Origin: a bacterium
GTDB taxonomy: Bacteria > Actinomycetota > Acidimicrobiia > Spongiisociales > Spongiisociaceae
DNA length: 64,000 bases
Reading direction: 5' to 3'
Assembly: GCA_028821235.1 (NCBI GenBank)
Contig: JAPPGV010000089.1
Location: 93,839 to 157,838, forward strand
Shown: one piece after another, positions 34,172 to 43,400 of the stretch
Layout of the letters: every line of letters begins with the position of its first letter
Numbering within the stretch: position 1 is the stretch's first letter
Notes under the pieces: generated by a model
What the model was told of the DNA's origin: nothing
The model's database searches: none
What the model saw: the letters and a program-made list of their open reading frames with translations, nothing else
Position numbers and translations under genes: made by a program

Positions 34172-34533
34172 AGTTGCGGTATGCGGTGGTGTACGAGGCC
34201 GGCACGCACAACCTCTCGGCATACGCCCCTGACCTACCAGGATGTGTTGCTACCGGCGGGAGTCTTGACAAGATCAGACAGAACATGCGCGAAGCGATGA
34301 CCCTTCACTTGGATCTCATCCGGGAGCACGGCGAGCCTTTTCCCCAACCGATGACGTCAGTAGGTGAGGCCATCGAGGATTATCGTCGCTATCACGAAGA
34401 GTCCGATGAACAGTCGGAGAACAGCATTCTCGAGTCGCCCGCGATCGCGGAGTTCATCGAAGTCGATACATCTCGGGGTGCCCTGGCGCGTGACTTTGGC
34501 CACATCTCCGGCGATGTACGACAGATCGCCTAG
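34168..34533 (+). CDS. hicB: type II toxin-antitoxin system HicB family antitoxin
   Basis: 121 aa. MKLRYAVVYEAGTHNLSAYAPDLPGCVATGGSLDKIRQNMREAMTLHLDL matches the HicB N-terminal (RNase-H-like) domain consensus. Translationally coupled to hicA. Confidence 0.8.
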   Translation: MKLRYAVVYEAGTHNLSAYAPDLPGCVATGGSLDKIRQNMREAMTLHLDLIREHGEPFPQPMTSVGEAIEDYRRYHEESDEQSENSILESPAIAEFIEVDTSRGALARDFGHISGDVRQIA

Positions 34534-34663
34534 TACTCGAACTACGGCGTAGGGAATCGCACGACGTCTCCACGAAGGCACGGAAGTGACGGAACTCCGC
34601 CATACCGTTCATGCTGGCGGAACCCGGGCGAGAGGCAATCAGCTCCTCGACTGTGAGTGAAGG

Positions 34664-35941
34664 TCAGAGGTCGGGAACGGCGAAGACCGCTCCGCCGAAG
34701 AGGATGGTGGCCACTAGCAACGTCCAGACGATGTTGGCGCCCTGTCCGAGCAGGAAGGCGGCGGCCGGGCGGCCCTGGTCCATCGACACCAGGTCGCGGA
34801 AGCGGGTCTCCAGACCGATGCAGGTGAAGGCCAGCGCGAACCACCAGGTGCGTATCTCTTTCATCAGCGCACCGGTCGAGTCGACCAGGTCGGCGCCGAG
34901 GACGAACGAGAACAGCAGCGACGCGGCGATGAACCCGAGCACGAACTTGGGGAACCGGTCCCAGATAACCCGCGCCGTCGGTCTCGTGTCGCTCTCCTCA
35001 CTGCCCCGGAATGCCCACCAGAGCGAGATCGCGAAGGCTGCCACGCCGAGCAGGGCGTTCTGGGAGAACTTGACGATCACGGCCGCGTTGAGAGCGGAGT
35101 CCCCCAGAATCTCACCCGCCGCGACAACCGCTCCCGAAGTGTCGATGGTCCCGCCCAGCCAGGCCCCGCCCACGATGGCTGGGATACCCAGAAGCTCCAC
35201 GACCCACGGCATGACAACCGTCATCGGCACCGCCACGATGAGCACCAGCGAGGTGACGTAGGAGAGTTTCTTCCGGTCTCCGGCGATGGCGCCGCACGTG
35301 GCGATGGCCGCGGACACCCCGCAGATCGAGACCGCCGACGCCAGCATGGTCCCGAACTCGTCGTCCACCCGCAGCCGCCTCGCTATTCGGTAACAGAGGT
35401 ACCACACCACCACGACCACGAGCAGGGCCTGGGCCACGCCGAGCAGGCCGGCCTGGAGGATCTCACCGAAGACGATGCCGGTGCCCAGGATCACCAGTCC
35501 CGTCTTGATGTAGTACTCGGTGCGGATCGCCTCCCGCATCCAGGTAGGAACGGATCCCAGGTTGGAGATGACCAGCCCGGCGGCCAGAGCCACGATCACG
35601 TAGCTGATCCCCCATTCCCTCAGGGCACCGTTCCCGGCGACGAGGCGGACGGCCCAGGCAACGGCGAACACGGCCGGGAAGCCGATCAGATACTCCCGCG
35701 TGCTCCCTCCCATCAGGCGGATCCCCGCAGCCGATACCGCTAGCAGCAGGAGTCCGGTCAGCACGGTGGCGGCCACGGCGCCCCACGAGAAGGCATCCAC
35801 GAGCTGTCCGGCGGACCACGAGAAGTCCGGGATGGCCGGCCTGATCCCCACCAGGACCAGGAGTATGAGGGCGCAGCCCTGCCAGACCGAGACCCAGTCC
35901 TCGGTAGCGAACCTGCCGGAGCCGTCCCGGGAGTCGGTCAT
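34664..35941 (-). CDS. YeiH/UPF0324 family putative sulfate exporter-type membrane protein
   Basis: Start at internal Met MTDSRDGSG (ATG 35939-35941, GAGGAG SD). About 425 aa polytopic membrane protein with the YeiH-family pattern. Confidence 0.75.
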   Translation of the reverse strand: MTDSRDGSGRFATEDWVSVWQGCALILLVLVGIRPAIPDFSWSAGQLVDAFSWGAVAATVLTGLLLLAVSAAGIRLMGGSTREYLIGFPAVFAVAWAVRLVAGNGALREWGISYVIVALAAGLVISNLGSVPTWMREAIRTEYYIKTGLVILGTGIVFGEILQAGLLGVAQALLVVVVVWYLCYRIARRLRVDDEFGTMLASAVSICGVSAAIATCGAIAGDRKKLSYVTSLVLIVAVPMTVVMPWVVELLGIPAIVGGAWLGGTIDTSGAVVAAGEILGDSALNAAVIVKFSQNALLGVAAFAISLWWAFRGSEESDTRPTARVIWDRFPKFVLGFIAASLLFSFVLGADLVDSTGALMKEIRTWWFALAFTCIGLETRFRDLVSMDQGRPAAAFLLGQGANIVWTLLVATILFGGAVFAVPDL

Positions 35942-36177
35942 GGGGCCCTTCTCCTCGACTGAGCGCAAACGGAAGCTAGTGGTCTGTCTGCGAAACAACC
36001 GGGTGCTCTGGCGGCCATCGGCGTCCCGTCGCTGCGTTCCGCTTCCTCAACGTACCCTGCGGGTACGCCTTCGTCAGCGGGCCTTGCGAGGAACACCGCT
36101 GCCGACGCCATACCACACCGCCATTACACAGACAGACCACTAGCCGCGCCGGAAGGCAAGGCTACCCTCGCTCTTCG

Positions 36178-37101
36178 ATGCCCTCCTCTCCCGGCCGATC
36201 GGGCCGGTCTCCCATCTTCTCCACGGCCCGGGGATCGCAGCCCGGCGCCTTCGGACCGGTCGAGTGGGCACTGCTCACCGGCGTGGCCCTTATCTGGGGT
36301 TCGTCATACTTGCTCATCGACATCGGGCTCGACGCCCTCGAACCGGCAGTGGTCACGTGGGTGAGGGTCACGCTCGGCTTCCTGGTGATGACCGCCTTCC
36401 CGGCCGCGCGCCGCCCCGTGGACCGGGCGGATTGGCCGCGGATCACGGCGCTCGCGCTGGTGTGGACCAGCTTCCCGTTCCTGCTCAGCCCCATCTCGCA
36501 GCAACACATCGACTCGGCCCTGGCGGGAATGATCAACTCCCTCATACCGATCTTCGCTGCATTGATCGCCATGGTGTTCCTGCGTACCCTGCCCGGCATC
36601 CGCCAGGTGTCGGGACTCCTCCTCGGGCTGGTGGGAGCGATCAGCCTCGCTCTTCCCGCCGCGTCGGAATCGCCGGCGGCGGCCTGGGGGGTCTTCCTGG
36701 CCGTGGTGGCCGCAGCCTTCTACGGGCTGGGACTCACCCAGGCGGTGCCCCTGCAGCAGCGGTACGGGGCTGCGGCGGTGATGTCGCGGGCCATGGGGAT
36801 ATCGTCGATCGTCATCGCGCCCTTCGCCCTCACCGGCCTGGGGGAGTCCACCTGGCAGGCCGGACCTGTGGTGGCGGTCACGATGCTCGGGCTCGTGAAC
36901 ACGGGGGTGGGCTTCCTGTTGATGGTGCTGTTCGCGGGGCGGGTGGGCCCGACTCGAGGGGGAGTGGCGATCTACTTCCTGCCGATCGTCGCCATCCTGC
37001 TCGGAACGGTCTTCCGCTCCGAGACCGTGCTCCCGATCCAGTGGATCGGAACGGCGGTGGTGCTGTTCGGCGCCTGGCTCACCAGCCGCGGCGAGTCCTG
37101 A
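36178..37101 (+). CDS. EamA/DMT-superfamily transporter (tandem copy 1)
   Basis: 307 aa, 10-TM DMT pattern. About 65% identical to the adjacent gene. Confidence 0.8.
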   Translation: MPSSPGRSGRSPIFSTARGSQPGAFGPVEWALLTGVALIWGSSYLLIDIGLDALEPAVVTWVRVTLGFLVMTAFPAARRPVDRADWPRITALALVWTSFPFLLSPISQQHIDSALAGMINSLIPIFAALIAMVFLRTLPGIRQVSGLLLGLVGAISLALPAASESPAAAWGVFLAVVAAAFYGLGLTQAVPLQQRYGAAAVMSRAMGISSIVIAPFALTGLGESTWQAGPVVAVTMLGLVNTGVGFLLMVLFAGRVGPTRGGVAIYFLPIVAILLGTVFRSETVLPIQWIGTAVVLFGAWLTSRGES

Positions 37102-37131
37102 CAGGGATCGCCCGGTACCCTCGTCCCTCCC

Positions 37132-38058
37132 ATGCCGTCCCCGCCTTCCCGTAGTCCCGCTCGTAGACCCGTACTGTCCACCAGCGAGGGATCCCAACTC
37201 GGACCGTTCGGTCTCGTCGAATGGGCCCTGCTCACCGGGGTGGCCCTCATATGGGGTTCCTCGTACCTGCTCATCGAGATCGGCCTGGAGTCGCTGGCGC
37301 CCACGGCTATCAGTTGGGTGAGGGTCACGCTGGGCTTCCTGGTGCTGGTGGCCGTTCCCGTGGCCCGGCAGAGGATCGACCGGCGGGACTATCCGCGCGT
37401 GGTGCTGCTGGGGTTCACCTGGGTCGCCGTGCCCTTCCTCCTGTTCCCGATCGCCCAACAGCACATCGACTCGGCCCTGGCGGGCATGCTGAACGCCCTG
37501 GTGCCCATCTTCAGCACCTGTACCGCCATCGTGCTGATGCGGTCCCTGCCCCGGCGCCGCATTGCGGTCGGCATCATCCTCGGCTTCGCCGGGGCGATCG
37601 TCATCAGCGTCCCCGCTATCCGCGATTCGACCGTAGGCGCATGGGGGGTGTCACTGGTGGTCCTCGCCACCTTCCTGTACGGCATATCCATCAACCTGGC
37701 GGTACCGCTCCAGCAGCGCTACGGGGCTCCGGCCGTGATGATGAGGGCGATCGGGGTAGGGGCGGTCGCCACCGCGCCCTTCGGCGTAGCCGGCCTGGCC
37801 GGCTCGCACTGGAGGATGGGGCCGGTGATCGCGGTGATCGTGCTGGGGGTGCTCAACACCGGTGCGGCGTACGTGATCATGGCCTCCTTCGTGGGGCGGG
37901 TGGGTCCTACCCGTGGGGGTGTGGCGATCTACTTCCTGCCGATCGTCGCCATAGTGCTGGGAGTGGCGTTCCGTTCGGAGGTAGTGCTCCCGGTCCAATG
38001 GGCCGGTACGGGCGTGGTGCTGTTCGGTGCCTGGCTAGCCAGCCGCCGCGAGGCCTGA
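37132..38058 (+). CDS. EamA/DMT-superfamily transporter (tandem copy 2)
   Basis: 308 aa. Paralog of 36178-37101 (WALLTGVALIWGSSYLLI.IGL...WVRVTLGFLV...QQHIDSALAGM..L.PIF are conserved between the two). Confidence 0.8.
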   Translation: MPSPPSRSPARRPVLSTSEGSQLGPFGLVEWALLTGVALIWGSSYLLIEIGLESLAPTAISWVRVTLGFLVLVAVPVARQRIDRRDYPRVVLLGFTWVAVPFLLFPIAQQHIDSALAGMLNALVPIFSTCTAIVLMRSLPRRRIAVGIILGFAGAIVISVPAIRDSTVGAWGVSLVVLATFLYGISINLAVPLQQRYGAPAVMMRAIGVGAVATAPFGVAGLAGSHWRMGPVIAVIVLGVLNTGAAYVIMASFVGRVGPTRGGVAIYFLPIVAIVLGVAFRSEVVLPVQWAGTGVVLFGAWLASRREA

Positions 38059-38069
38059 ACGGTGGCCGC

Positions 38070-38720
38070 TTAGACGTCCCGTCCTTGCCAGCCGTCCCAG
38101 TGCGTGAACTCCGCGGCCGGGATCCTGGTGACGGGCTTGAAGTCGTCGGCGGGATACCCGAGCGGGATCAGGGCGATGATCTGGGTCTCCTCCGGCATCC
38201 CGAGCGCGATCTTGGCGTCCTCCTCGAGGATGTTGAGGGCCGTGGTGAGGCAGGTACCGAGGCCGAGGTCACGGGCCGCCAGCATCAGGTTCTGGACGCA
38301 GGGCATGATGGATGTGTAGACCGCCTCGGTGCGGATGGCCTTGAGGACCCCGTATCGGGGCAGGTTGTGCTTGTCGAGGTTCATGGCCACGACGATGAGC
38401 ACCGGACTCTTCTCGAGGTGGTCGCGCAGGTAGACCGACTTCCTGATCATGGTCTTCTCGAAGGTGCGCTCGTCGACCTCCGTACGACCTTGGCGGAGAG
38501 GGTGGTCCAGCAGGAACTGCAGGCCCTCCCGGTAGAGGTCGGCGAGTCGCTTCTTGAGTTCCGCGTCCTTGACCACGATGAACTCCCATGGCTGAGCGTT
38601 GTGGCCGTTGGGTGCCCAGGTGGCCGCGGTCAGGATGGTGCGGATGTCGTGGTCGGACACCGGGTCCGGCTTGAAACGCTTGACGCTGCGCTGCGTCCGC
38701 ATCGCCTCTAATACGTCCAC
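38070..38720 (-). CDS. nitroreductase family protein
   Basis: 216 aa. RSVKRF, PNGHNAQPWEFIVV motifs of the NADH oxidase/nitroreductase fold. Confidence 0.85.
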   Translation of the reverse strand: MDVLEAMRTQRSVKRFKPDPVSDHDIRTILTAATWAPNGHNAQPWEFIVVKDAELKKRLADLYREGLQFLLDHPLRQGRTEVDERTFEKTMIRKSVYLRDHLEKSPVLIVVAMNLDKHNLPRYGVLKAIRTEAVYTSIMPCVQNLMLAARDLGLGTCLTTALNILEEDAKIALGMPEETQIIALIPLGYPADDFKPVTRIPAAEFTHWDGWQGRDV

Positions 38721-38839
38721 GTCTTCCTCCTCTCGGTCGCTCTACGCCCCCAGCACCCGCAACCTTAGGTTGAGAGCGAGGTCCAGCGCGCCAGGAGCCT
38801 TGGGTTGGGAGGTGGCCGGGTGAAGATCCGTAGAGACGG

Positions 38840-39787
38840 CTACCGAGCCTCATCGAGAACCGCGGTGAGGTATTCGTGCATCCTGTCCCGGGCGGCATTC
38901 CCGTAGGCGTTGTCGTACAGGTCGAAGGCGTGCAGGCCGCCGGGCCAGAGGTCGAGCCGGGCGGGGTTGCCGGCGGCCTTCCAGCGGGCGGCCATGAACA
39001 GCGAGTCGTCCAGCAGCGGGTCGAGGGTGCCCACGGTGAACAGCGCCGGCGGCATTCCACCGAGATCGGCCCAGATGGGGGAGATGTCGGGGTCCTCGAG
39101 GTCCCGGTCTCCGGTGAACAACTCCACGAACCAGTCGATGGAGGACGTGTTCAGGATCAGTGGCTGGTCGCCGAAGGCTCTCATCGACGGTGTCCCGCGC
39201 AGGTCGAAGGCCCCGTAGGTGAGCAGCGCCGCCCGGAAGGGGGTCAGGCCGTAGCGGTCCCGCAGCCGCAGGCAGGTGACGGCGGTGAGGTGCCCGCCCG
39301 CCGACTCCCCGCCGATCGCGACCAGCTCGTGCCCGAATGCGTCGACAGCATTCCGGTGGAGCCAGAGGGCCGCGGCCTCGCAGTCGTCGGGACCGGCCGG
39401 GTGGGGATGCTCGGGCGCCAGGCGGTAGGAGGTGGACACCGAGATCAGACCGGTTGCGTCCGCGAGAGCCGTCATCTGAGGGTCGTGATGGTGGGGTCCG
39501 CCCCACACCCATCCTCCCCCGTGGATGTGCAGGAATACCCCCCGGGCCGCCCTTCCCTCCGGGTGGATGACCCGCAGCCGGATGGGCCCGCCGGGCCCGT
39601 CGATGGTGCGGACCGAGGCTCGCGGCGAGAGACGGGGAGGACCGATCAATGACCTGCCCTCCTCCCTGGCCTGGCGGCCCGCCGCGGCGCCCACTTCCCA
39701 CACAGGTGGCGCGTGCCGCGTCTGGTCGGCCACCCATTCGTTGAAGGCCAGTACCTCGGCGGGTGCTTCTGAAGGTATATCGGTCAT
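38840..39787 (-). CDS. alpha/beta-hydrolase fold esterase/lipase (hormone-sensitive-lipase family)
   Basis: 315 aa. HGGGW oxyanion motif and GESAGG nucleophile elbow. Confidence 0.85.
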   Translation of the reverse strand: MTDIPSEAPAEVLAFNEWVADQTRHAPPVWEVGAAAGRQAREEGRSLIGPPRLSPRASVRTIDGPGGPIRLRVIHPEGRAARGVFLHIHGGGWVWGGPHHHDPQMTALADATGLISVSTSYRLAPEHPHPAGPDDCEAAALWLHRNAVDAFGHELVAIGGESAGGHLTAVTCLRLRDRYGLTPFRAALLTYGAFDLRGTPSMRAFGDQPLILNTSSIDWFVELFTGDRDLEDPDISPIWADLGGMPPALFTVGTLDPLLDDSLFMAARWKAAGNPARLDLWPGGLHAFDLYDNAYGNAARDRMHEYLTAVLDEAR

Positions 39788-39905
39788 CGGCCAAAGGCTC
39801 CCGGTACGCGGTCACATCCAGGGATTCAAGACCGCAACGTTACCGCGATGGGCGGGGGTGCGGCACCCACCACGACGGGCCTTTGGTATGGGACCTGGCC
39901 CAGGG

Positions 39906-40544
39906 CTAGACGATCCTCCTCCGGCTCGCCCAGTTGGCGAGCTCGTAGCGGTTGCTTAGCTGGAGTTTCCTGAGCACCGCCGAAACGTGGGACTCGACCG
40001 TCTTGTGGCTGATGTACAGCCGGTGCGCCACCTGCTTGTAGGAGAAGCCGCGGGCGATCAGGCGCAGTACCTCCTGCTCACGGGTGGTCAGCTGATCCAG
40101 TTCGGGATCCTCCGGAACGGGGATGGTGGCGGCGAAGGTGTCCAGCACGAATCCGGCCAGCATGGGGGAGAAGACCGCATCGCCCGCATGGACCCGCCTG
40201 ATCGCGTCGACCAGAGCCTCCGGGCGGATCGACTTGGTGACGTATCCACGGGCCCCGGCCCTGATCATGGCGATGACGTCCTCGGCCGCGTCCGACACGG
40301 ACAGGGCGAGGAACTTCACCTGCGGATGGGTCTGGAGCACGTTCTCCAGGATCGCGAGGCCTCCGCCTCCCGGCATGTGGACATCCACCAGCGCCACGTC
40401 GGGAGGATCGAGCCGCAGGGCGTCGATGGCATCGTCCACATCGCCGGCGGAGCCGATGAGTTCTATGTCGTGCGGATCGGACAGTTCCGTCCTGACCCCG
40501 GAGAGGAACAGCCGGTGGTCATCCACCAGAAAGACGCGGATCAT
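39906..40544 (-). CDS. LuxR/NarL-family two-component response regulator
   Basis: 212 aa. Receiver domain (VFLVDDH, phospho-acceptor D in VALVDVHMPGGGG) plus C-terminal LuxR HTH (TTREQEVLRLIARGFSYKQVAHRLYISHKTVESH). Start overlaps the sensor kinase stop (ATGA). Confidence 0.9.
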   Translation of the reverse strand: MIRVFLVDDHRLFLSGVRTELSDPHDIELIGSAGDVDDAIDALRLDPPDVALVDVHMPGGGGLAILENVLQTHPQVKFLALSVSDAAEDVIAMIRAGARGYVTKSIRPEALVDAIRRVHAGDAVFSPMLAGFVLDTFAATIPVPEDPELDQLTTREQEVLRLIARGFSYKQVAHRLYISHKTVESHVSAVLRKLQLSNRYELANWASRRRIV

Positions 40545-41689
40545 CGGGGCTCTCCTCCCAGATACAGATGGACTTCGGTACCTTCCCCCGGCGTCGACGA
40601 GATGGTGGCGGTGCCGCCCTTGCCCTCCATCCGGCCGACAATGGACGCGGCGATTCCGTGCCGGTCTCCGGCCACCGCGGTGGGGTCGAACCCGACGCCG
40701 TGGTCGGAGATCCAGACGTCCGTTGCGTCCCTACCCACCTCGGAGTAGACGGAGATTCGATCGGTGCCCGAGTGCCGGGCGGCGTTGTTCAGCGACTCGC
40801 CCGTGGCCGCGATGATCGCCCTGACGTCGTCATCGAGGGGGCGGTCCCCCACCGTGACCAGCTGGACCCGGACGTCGAAGGTGTGTTCGACCCGGTCGGC
40901 CTCCTCCTGCAGTGCGGCGGAGAGCAGCTCCGGATCGTCCGCAGGCCTCGTGTCGTAGAGCCATCGTCGTAGCTCCCTTTCCTGGACCCGGGCCAGCGTC
41001 ACCATCCTTCGCGAGTCGTCGGTCCGCTGGATGAGGGCCAGCGTCTGGAGTACCGAGTCGTGGAGGTGGGCGGCCATGTCGGCCCGTTCCTCCTGGCGGA
41101 TACGCTTCCGGCGTTCGGCCCCCAGATCTGCTCCTAGTTTCCATACCCACGGTCCGAAGAGCACGACCATGCCGACTCCGGTGATCAGCACCGCCAGCAG
41201 TACGGTTCCGACGGCAGGAGCCGCCACGTTGGCGAGGATCGACACCCCGGCAAGCGCCAGCACGATCCCGATCACCGTGCGCGCCCGGAACCTTCCGCTC
41301 TGCGGATCGAACAGTCCCAGGATGGCCGAGCGGGGATCGATGTCACCCCTGTCCATCAGGAAGGCGATGCCGAAGCTCAGTGCCAGTCCGGGCCAGACCC
41401 AACCGTCTCCGCTCCAGATCCCCAGGCTGCGGAGCAGCAGCAGCGAGCCGATGAACATCAGGACGTAAGCCGCCCGCCGCTCCCCGTCCGCCTCCGGAGC
41501 AGGATCCTGGCGGGCGGTCTTGTCCAGGGTCAGCGCCCACAGCACCAGGTAGAGGAGTATTCCCAGTCCCCATACGAGCGCGAGAACCAGGAAGGCGGCG
41601 CGGACATAGAGATCGGGGATGCCTAGTTGGTCGGCGATCCCTCCGGCCACGCCGGCCACCAGGCGGTTCCGTTCCCGCCGTGCCGGCAT
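40541..41689 (-). CDS. PspC-domain sensor histidine kinase (HisKA_3 + HATPase_c)
   Basis: Start at internal Met MPARRERNRLVAGVAGGIADQLGIPDLYVRAAFLV (PspC domain; ATG 41687-41689, GAGAGG SD). C-terminal H-box AAHLHDSVLQTL and ATPase N/G boxes (ESLNNAARHSG, DHGVGF). The track N-terminal 107 codons are not credible. Confidence 0.85.
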   Translation of the reverse strand: MPARRERNRLVAGVAGGIADQLGIPDLYVRAAFLVLALVWGLGILLYLVLWALTLDKTARQDPAPEADGERRAAYVLMFIGSLLLLRSLGIWSGDGWVWPGLALSFGIAFLMDRGDIDPRSAILGLFDPQSGRFRARTVIGIVLALAGVSILANVAAPAVGTVLLAVLITGVGMVVLFGPWVWKLGADLGAERRKRIRQEERADMAAHLHDSVLQTLALIQRTDDSRRMVTLARVQERELRRWLYDTRPADDPELLSAALQEEADRVEHTFDVRVQLVTVGDRPLDDDVRAIIAATGESLNNAARHSGTDRISVYSEVGRDATDVWISDHGVGFDPTAVAGDRHGIAASIVGRMEGKGGTATISSTPGEGTEVHLYLGGEPR

Positions 41690-41840
41690 TGCCGTGGCCT
41701 CTCGTGCGGTATGGCTTCGCATGAGGCTTATGTTGGCATCGTCCGGTTGCCGTTCGGGCCCGGAACCGGAGATATACCCCCGGCCGGCGGCCGGTCTGGG
41801 GGATGTTTCAGGGTGATACCCCACAGACTCAGGGTCCGGA

Positions 41841-43079
41841 ATGATGGATGATATGGGTATGACGAACAGCAGCCACCCATCGCTCCGCAGACCCGGCGAG
41901 GGTCGCTGGATTGCAGGGGTGGCGCTCGGAATCGCCCACCGCCTCGGCATCGAGGCTTGGATCGTCCGGGTGGCCTTCATCGTCCTCGTGACCGTCGGTG
42001 GCGTCGGCATCTTCCTCTACGCGGCAGGCTGGATCCTGATCCCGGATGAAGGCGAGACCGAGTCGATCGTCCGGGGATGGTCCGGCCGACCCTCGGCGCG
42101 CCGGTGGGTGGGCGTCATCCTCATCGGGCTCGCGGCGATCGTGCTGCTCGCCGAGACCAGGTGGGTGAGGGGCGAGCTTGTGTTTGCCCTCGTCCTCCTG
42201 GGGATCGGAGTATTGCTGTACCGCGGCGACCTGAGCGCGCCGGAACAGCAGAGCCCGGATTCCGCAAGTGTCCCGCAGGCGGCGCCTGCCGACCAGGTCG
42301 AAGAGCCTGGGGCCGGCCCTCCCTCCTCCTTGCCCGCCGGTCCCGTGCCGGCGCCGCCGCGGGATAAGTCCCACCTCGGTCGCGTGACGGTCGGAGCCGC
42401 CTTGATCTCGCTGGGATTACTCGGGTTCCTCGACGGCGTGGTACCCGGGTTCAATCCGGCTTTCCGCCACTACATGGCGTTGCTGGTAGCGGTGGTGGGT
42501 CTCGGGCTGGTGGTAGGCGCCTGGTTCGGGCGGATCGGCGGTCTGGTTGCCCTGGGCATCGTGCTCGTGCCCGTGGTGCTGGTGTCGCTCGTGTCCGACA
42601 AGGTCGAGTTCAGGACGACCGATAACGGACCGGTGGTGCTGGTGTCGTTGTCATCGGACACGGCTGAGTTCAGCACGTCCGCCGGAGACGGATACCACCG
42701 TCCGGCCGGAGTGGAGCAGATCCCCGATGCCTACCGTCTCGGTGTCGGGAGTCTGCTGGTCGACATGAGGCAGGTCGACTTCACGGGCAGGGTGGTCCGA
42801 GTCAAGGCCGAGGTCGGCATCGGTGAACTGATCGTCTACCTGCCCCAGGATGTCGCGGCCGACGTGTCCGGACGGGTAGGGATCGGGTCGATACGCACCT
42901 GGGACCATCTTGGCAGCACCTCCAGGCAAGGGATCGGAATAACGTCCGACTATGTCTGGGAGGGCGCCCACGGAATGATCATCCTCGATGCCAGCGTGGG
43001 GCTGGGTGAGATCGAGGTCCGGACGTTGCCCGGAGCGCCAAGGCCATCGACAACGGTGACCGTGGGGGACAGCCGATGA
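41841..43079 (+). CDS. PspC-domain membrane protein with LiaF-like (DUF2154-type) C-terminal domain
   Basis: 412 aa. N-terminal PspC motif RRPGEGRWIAGVALGIAHRLGIEAWIVRVAFIVL. Several TM segments. C-terminal beta-repeat domain (VKAEVGIGELIVYLP...GIGSI...DASVGLGEIEV) resembles the LiaF-like cell-wall-active-antibiotic response domain. Contains an internal ~51-nt tandem repeat. Confidence 0.7.
   Translation: MMDDMGMTNSSHPSLRRPGEGRWIAGVALGIAHRLGIEAWIVRVAFIVLVTVGGVGIFLYAAGWILIPDEGETESIVRGWSGRPSARRWVGVILIGLAAIVLLAETRWVRGELVFALVLLGIGVLLYRGDLSAPEQQSPDSASVPQAAPADQVEEPGAGPPSSLPAGPVPAPPRDKSHLGRVTVGAALISLGLLGFLDGVVPGFNPAFRHYMALLVAVVGLGLVVGAWFGRIGGLVALGIVLVPVVLVSLVSDKVEFRTTDNGPVVLVSLSSDTAEFSTSAGDGYHRPAGVEQIPDAYRLGVGSLLVDMRQVDFTGRVVRVKAEVGIGELIVYLPQDVAADVSGRVGIGSIRTWDHLGSTSRQGIGITSDYVWEGAHGMIILDASVGLGEIEVRTLPGAPRPSTTVTVGDSR
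42571..42680 (+). repeat. imperfect ~51-nt tandem direct repeat inside the PspC/LiaF-like gene
   Basis: ccgtggtgctggtgtcgctcgtgtccgacaaggtcgagttcaggacgacc and ccggtggtgctggtgtcgttgtcatcggacacggctgagttcagcacgtcc, separated by 9 nt. They encode VVLVSLVSDKVEFRTT / VVLVSLSSDTAEFSTS. Confidence 0.7.
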
Positions 43080-43363
43080 AACGCCACCCTTTCAACGTGT
43101 TCTCGCTCGGGTTCGGGGTGGTGCTGATCCTGCTCGCGGTCGGGTTGGTGGTCCCCGCCGAGCTCAGCGATGAGTTCAGCCGATTCGCCACTGTCCGGTG
43201 GCTCCTACCCCTGGCGATGGTGCTGGTGGGGGTCTCGATGCTGAGCTCTCTCTTCCGCCGCCGCGAGAGCGGGGCCGAGCCCGATCCGGTAGAGGCCGCA
43301 ACCGAAACGCACGGCGAGTCTGAGATCGAAGCAGAAGCCGAGACGGAGTCCGCTTCCGGCTGA
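43076..43363 (+). CDS. small membrane protein (hypothetical), co-transcribed with the PspC/LiaF-like gene
   Basis: 95 aa. ATG overlaps the upstream stop (ATGA). Two predicted TM helices followed by an acidic (E/A/T-rich) tail. Confidence 0.45.
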   Translation: MKRHPFNVFSLGFGVVLILLAVGLVVPAELSDEFSRFATVRWLLPLAMVLVGVSMLSSLFRRRESGAEPDPVEAATETHGESEIEAEAETESASG

Positions 43364-43400
43364 ACCGGCCGGCTCCTGCCTGGCTAATCCGGTCCGGGTC

